Shown here piece by piece: positions 59,667 to 64,000 of a stretch of DNA of 64,000 nt. The notes below the pieces were generated by a model. The model was given only the letters and a program-made list of their open reading frames with translations, did not search any database and was not told where the DNA came from. Origin of the DNA: Haplodiscus bocki (taxonomy: Eukaryota); NCBI GenBank assembly GCA_965655095.1, contig OZ296650.1, positions 134,168,001-134,232,000 of the forward strand. Direction: 5' to 3'. A program made the position numbers and the translations under genes. Every line of letters starts with the position of its first letter. Position 1 is the stretch's first letter.

Positions 59667-60574
59667 TACGTTAGAAAACACTGGCAAACTACATTTCAAC
59701 AGCTTCGCCGACTGTCAAATGTGACGAAGTGAATGCCTTATCCCATAAAAAACATAAAGTTCATAATTTAATCAATACATAAAGTTTTTTTTAAACGTCC
59801 ATCTATAGTATATATTCATTTGTCTCCGGTGGTTTCCAAAGCTGCACGTGTAAAGTTTTTAGTCTGTGTGTTTTTGCTTTTCGCTGTGGTTAAAGATATT
59901 TTTGTGAAAGTTTTTTCTTTTACTATTAACAACAATTCAATTGTTCAATTTTTGATGTCTTTGAGAGTAGTCTGCAGACTATTTAGCCTACGTACTGTTT
60001 TCCAAAGGTTTCGTTGTTTAAGTTAGTTAAACATAAAACTATCCGACAATATTCCTTTGCGGACAAGACTTTGCTGCAATTTGAACCTGATTTTTGGAAC
60101 GTTAAAAGGGAGCATCAGGTGTTCATGATTTGCCCCTTAACAATGAACGTTCCTGATTGCCCACCGTATTTAAAGTTGATTGATTAGTGATTTTAACTTT
60201 TTGCACTGCTTTTTTCCCATATGCTTATGGAACGCTTTGTTTTGTGTATGTCTTAATAACGATGTACACCTACATAGTGTATGATAAAAGCCCTGTACTC
60301 CTTCCTGTTTCGACCGCAAGGTGGAACACTTGGTAAAACGTTAGTGAAACTTCTATACCAAAAACCAGACACACTCAAATGAGCAAATTTATATTTAGAG
60401 GTTTTTGGAACGATGTTTTTTTCAGCTCTTCCGTTTTATACTATTATATAATATAATGCCAATGACAGTTATCTTCTGTGTTCCATCGTAGTGTACCTAT
60501 GCTGTTGGAGTCATTAAATGTCGTTTTTTTGTCGTCACCCCTTGTCGTTGTTTTTCAACGTTCTGCAGATCTAA

Positions 60575-61331
60575 ATGAAACATCTTATCATAGCTGATTC
60601 CCTTGGGAGAAGACTTGTCATGAAGCACGAAGACCTGGAAGTGAAGTTTTTCCCTGGAGCCACGGCATCTTGCCGTCGGGTAATTGAGTGTTTAAGAAAC
60701 CTAACAACGTTTTATGAATCAATCATTTTGTTCATCGGGGGAAATGGACTTACAGGCCGGGGCACACGACGGGGAAAGACTCCTGAGCAAGTGAGTAATT
60801 TCAACACAATATCAAGTTGGTTGCGACTGAAAACATTTTAGAATTAGACTGGTTGCAACATCAGGGTGCATTGTGTATGAATTGATCCGCAGGTGATATT
60901 TCCCTGCGAAAATAATTTCCAATTATTAAGCAGAGCTTCAAATGCAACTGAAAATATTTTTTTCCTCCAAATTTTGAAGAAAGTTCAACAAAATCAAACG
61001 AAGTGCATGTTCAGCTCAAAAATTTTTTGTTAACTCTTAGGTGGTTCAAGACATTATGTACCTCGTGCGTCTGGCCATTCCAAAGTGTTACACAGTATAC
61101 TGTCTGGCTCTGGTCATGAGATCCAAACCTTGCCTCTTAGATATCAAAAGGGTTAACGATGGACTCAGAAACTCTGTGGGTCAATACAATTTTGTGTCGG
61201 TGGCTAGCAAAATGAGCTCCGAAAGGAATTTGATGGATGGCGTGCATTTATCTCGTCACGGTGTTTCAAACTTGATGTACATTCTAAGGAAAAGAGTTTT
61301 GGGTACTGTACTACCTTTTTCTGACCTGTGA
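60575..61331 (+). CDS. Two-exon SGNH hydrolase (exons 60575-60790 and 61041-61331; 168 aa)
   Basis: Blocks ADSLG, FPGA, IGGNG and DGVHL. The phase-0 intron 60791-61040 (CAA/GTGAGT...TTAACTCTTAG/) falls after codon 72, as in C. Confidence 0.88.
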
Positions 61332-62640
61332 TAAGTACAAGTAACAAAGCCTTACTGACGTAGTTGTTGATTAATGAACGCAGTTTCTAACATGGTACCA
61401 TGTTTTTGATTTTTTGGTAATCGCGTGTTTGCTCTCTTTCTTCTATGTTTCCTTTAAAGTATCAACGTTCACCGGAAAGTTGTCGTAATGTGGCCGACAA
61501 AATTGTGAACAATTGTAATTGTTTAATGGCCATTGTTTTAACAGAGCGTCGCAGAATACGTACACCTGCTCATCGTCGACTGGGGTTCTGAAAGCAATCA
61601 CATTCTGTTCCAGCTGAAAAAGAGATAAAAGTGTGGTATTACGCCTCGACGACCAATGTTATGAAGGCTTCCTTCCGTATATTCGATACACCAGTTTTAT
61701 CATGCAGCAAACAAATAGGAGTTATTGGTTATTTTACTGTGCATACAATTGGAATCGACTGTAAAGTTATCTGAGTGTTTAGATCTTGTAAGTTCCGAAC
61801 AAAATTAAATGATTTTTTCGAATAAATGTCAGTTCAACCTATAAAACCCTTGAATTTGTCACTTTGCGTTGTTTCTTCCTGTATGTTAGTTTCCTTCAGT
61901 CACGTTTTTCCATAGACTTTGAGTACTGCTAAACCCATGAATGTTGCTCTTTGTTCGGCGCTGTTTTTATGCCTGTTAATTTTCATTGCTAATTGAACTG
62001 CTTATTGAAATAAAGCATTACCAGATTGCTTCCCCTGAAATAACGTTTTATGTAACTTAGATTCAACTTCATTTGTTGAAGTCAAGAAACTGCCGATTGT
62101 TTTATTTCTCTTGAATTGCTATCATTGTCTGTGCACTGATTTGTTTAATTTCGAAAAGGTTTTCTTTCGTGTTAGAGTGGTTTTCACGAAAGAGAAATTT
62201 TTATCCTGAATTAACACGTTTCAATTCCCTATAGTCTTTTCATTTACATTCACAGCCGTTAATGATGCGTGAAAGTTCGTTGAAAAATGTAATTGTGAGC
62301 AAACATAAACGTCATTCACTGATGACTGAACTTTGAAACTGTTGACACGTGAAAAAAAGTTGAAAGAAGTCAGTTCCGCCTTTTGCGTGGCATCACGTAA
62401 AGGAACATGTAACTTTTTTCAATAGAAAACTAGCAAGAAGTTTTTTATCAAACCTTTTAATGTATACTAGCGATTCTCACTGTGACGTGGAAATTTACTG
62501 AAGTTGTATTTGATCATGTTGAACTTCATCTTCCTTGTTTTAATTTTTGAGAGTAATTAGTTCTGCGTCCTGAATAGGTTGACGAAATGTCACTGTGTAA
62601 ACCGCGTTGTATAAGATGATGCTTGAAAAGATTGTTCCAG

Positions 62641-63654
62641 ATGATGACCACCCGTGTAAATACGGCCCAAATAACTGCTCCCAATTTCTTGCGCAACAGT
62701 GAGAACACATATATCCGAGGTGTTGTTTTGGTTTTTAAAAAATTTGATCGTCCCCTACAGTTATTTCGACCGCAAGCTGTAAAAGCTAAACGAATGAGCC
62801 CTGACACAAACTACGATCGCCTAATCATCATCGGCGAAATCGAAACGCGAGAATGTTTTGCAATAATAGCAGATTCTGCGCAGAAAAGTTCACTCCTTTT
62901 TGCTGACCGAAAACTAACTATTGGTGCCATCGTTGATGTGAAAGAAGCTATTTTTTCCAACTCCTGCCTTGGTAACGATCGAACTAATCCAATTTTTAAT
63001 GTGTCTCTTCCTTTAGAGGTAGTTACAGACGACCCGCCAATGGAGCCTATTCCTATCGATTTGAATCCCTCGACGAGTGCAATGTTTCACTTCTGTCTCC
63101 CAAACCGACCCCTTTCGTTTTTGCACGCAATTCCTGTGTTTCCGACTTGTTCCGGTTTTTTGTGCGACAGAAGAAATAGAAAAAACGAAAGCATTTGCGC
63201 ATGTTTGCAAAAATCGACTTTGTCAGCGTGGGTCATGTCAGCAAGGGTAATTAGTCAGGACATATTGAGCGAAGACGATGATCCTCTAACAGGGGATGTT
63301 CTGCAAAGTTTGTCATTGACCAAACTTTTTTGTGAGGAGGCTATCATTAGATCGGCATACACATCAATTGACAGGGGACTTTTGAGAGACGCTGTCATGC
63401 GTGTTGCTAACCATGTTAATAGCAATGGTGGGTGGAGAGTGTCAGGCTTCTATAAAACTGCTTTAACAGAAGAAAACATTGCGCAAAATGTTCAAAGGGT
63501 AAGAATTTGTCGAATCACTCCAGCGATTGAGATCCCTGTGCACTTGAAATACAATGTGATTCCTTGGATTGGAGACAATACAAACCAGCCACCACGCCTT
63601 CTTCACGCTAACGCAAATTTGCCAGCAACTAACAATGTAAACAACATGAGATGA
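62641..63654 (+). CDS. Conserved ~337-aa accessory protein (ORF3), possible OB-fold/Zn-binding protein
   Basis: ATG at 62641 or 62644; full-length homologue of the B and C copies. Confidence 0.87.
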   Translation: MMTTRVNTAQITAPNFLRNSENTYIRGVVLVFKKFDRPLQLFRPQAVKAKRMSPDTNYDRLIIIGEIETRECFAIIADSAQKSSLLFADRKLTIGAIVDVKEAIFSNSCLGNDRTNPIFNVSLPLEVVTDDPPMEPIPIDLNPSTSAMFHFCLPNRPLSFLHAIPVFPTCSGFLCDRRNRKNESICACLQKSTLSAWVMSARVISQDILSEDDDPLTGDVLQSLSLTKLFCEEAIIRSAYTSIDRGLLRDAVMRVANHVNSNGGWRVSGFYKTALTEENIAQNVQRVRICRITPAIEIPVHLKYNVIPWIGDNTNQPPRLLHANANLPATNNVNNMR

Positions 63655-64000
63655 ACGATTAATTGAAGCAACAAAACTCAAAGAAATGTTATGTCAATCA
63701 CTGTTGTGACATTTTTTACTACAGCTAAAAATTACCTATAGAATCAAGAGAGGTATTACAGACAAGTAAAACAATGTGCCAGTAATCATTTAGCAAACTA
63801 CCGAATGTTGCTTCCATGCAACATCGACTGTTACAAGGCATTCGACCGTAAGGTGTTTGCCCAAAATTAGGAGTTCATTTGGCGTTAAAGAAAATGAGAG
63901 TTGTCGTAAAGTGGATTTATTTTACGTGCATCAAAATGAACTGTCAATTGTTGCTACCATTCATTTGCAGTTAAATTGAGAGTTTACTTTGTTTCACTGG

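Larger units (their letters stand above)
48106..64000 (+). mobile_element. Helitron-like element D (right end outside the window)
   Basis: Begins after core 48089-48105 with a type-2-like left end (AACGGTGCAATTTACTAGAGGGCGG) and has the same gene order and orientation as C. Confidence 0.87.

Overview
The whole window is an AT-rich eukaryotic array of Helitron-like rolling-circle elements; spliceosomal introns are present and no host genes were recognised. There are four long elements: A (<1-8288), B (8289-21618), C (28977-46011) and D (48106->64000). Each encodes a polyprotein ordered OTU protease, Cys-rich/unknown region, HUH Rep, PIF1-type helicase and SLX1-like GIY-YIG nuclease; A is cut by the window edge inside the helicase. 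In B, C and D it is followed by an SGNH-fold gene and a conserved ~335-aa gene. C is intact, D has one in-frame stop, and A and B are pseudogenised. Nine ~1.05-kb non-coding mini-units of two sequence types lie between the long elements. All 13 units are joined head-to-tail at the same 17-bp core, GACCACCCAG(T/C)GGAGGC (12 copies), set in an origin-like hairpin and direct-repeat context. The genes of A/B face the opposite way relative to these termini from those of C/D, and A/B have a 2A-like skip motif before the polyprotein. The best candidate for an undescribed system is a self-targeting, cassette-like array of autonomous and satellite rolling-circle elements recombining at one shared core. 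All alignments were made by eye, and novelty was not checked against databases.
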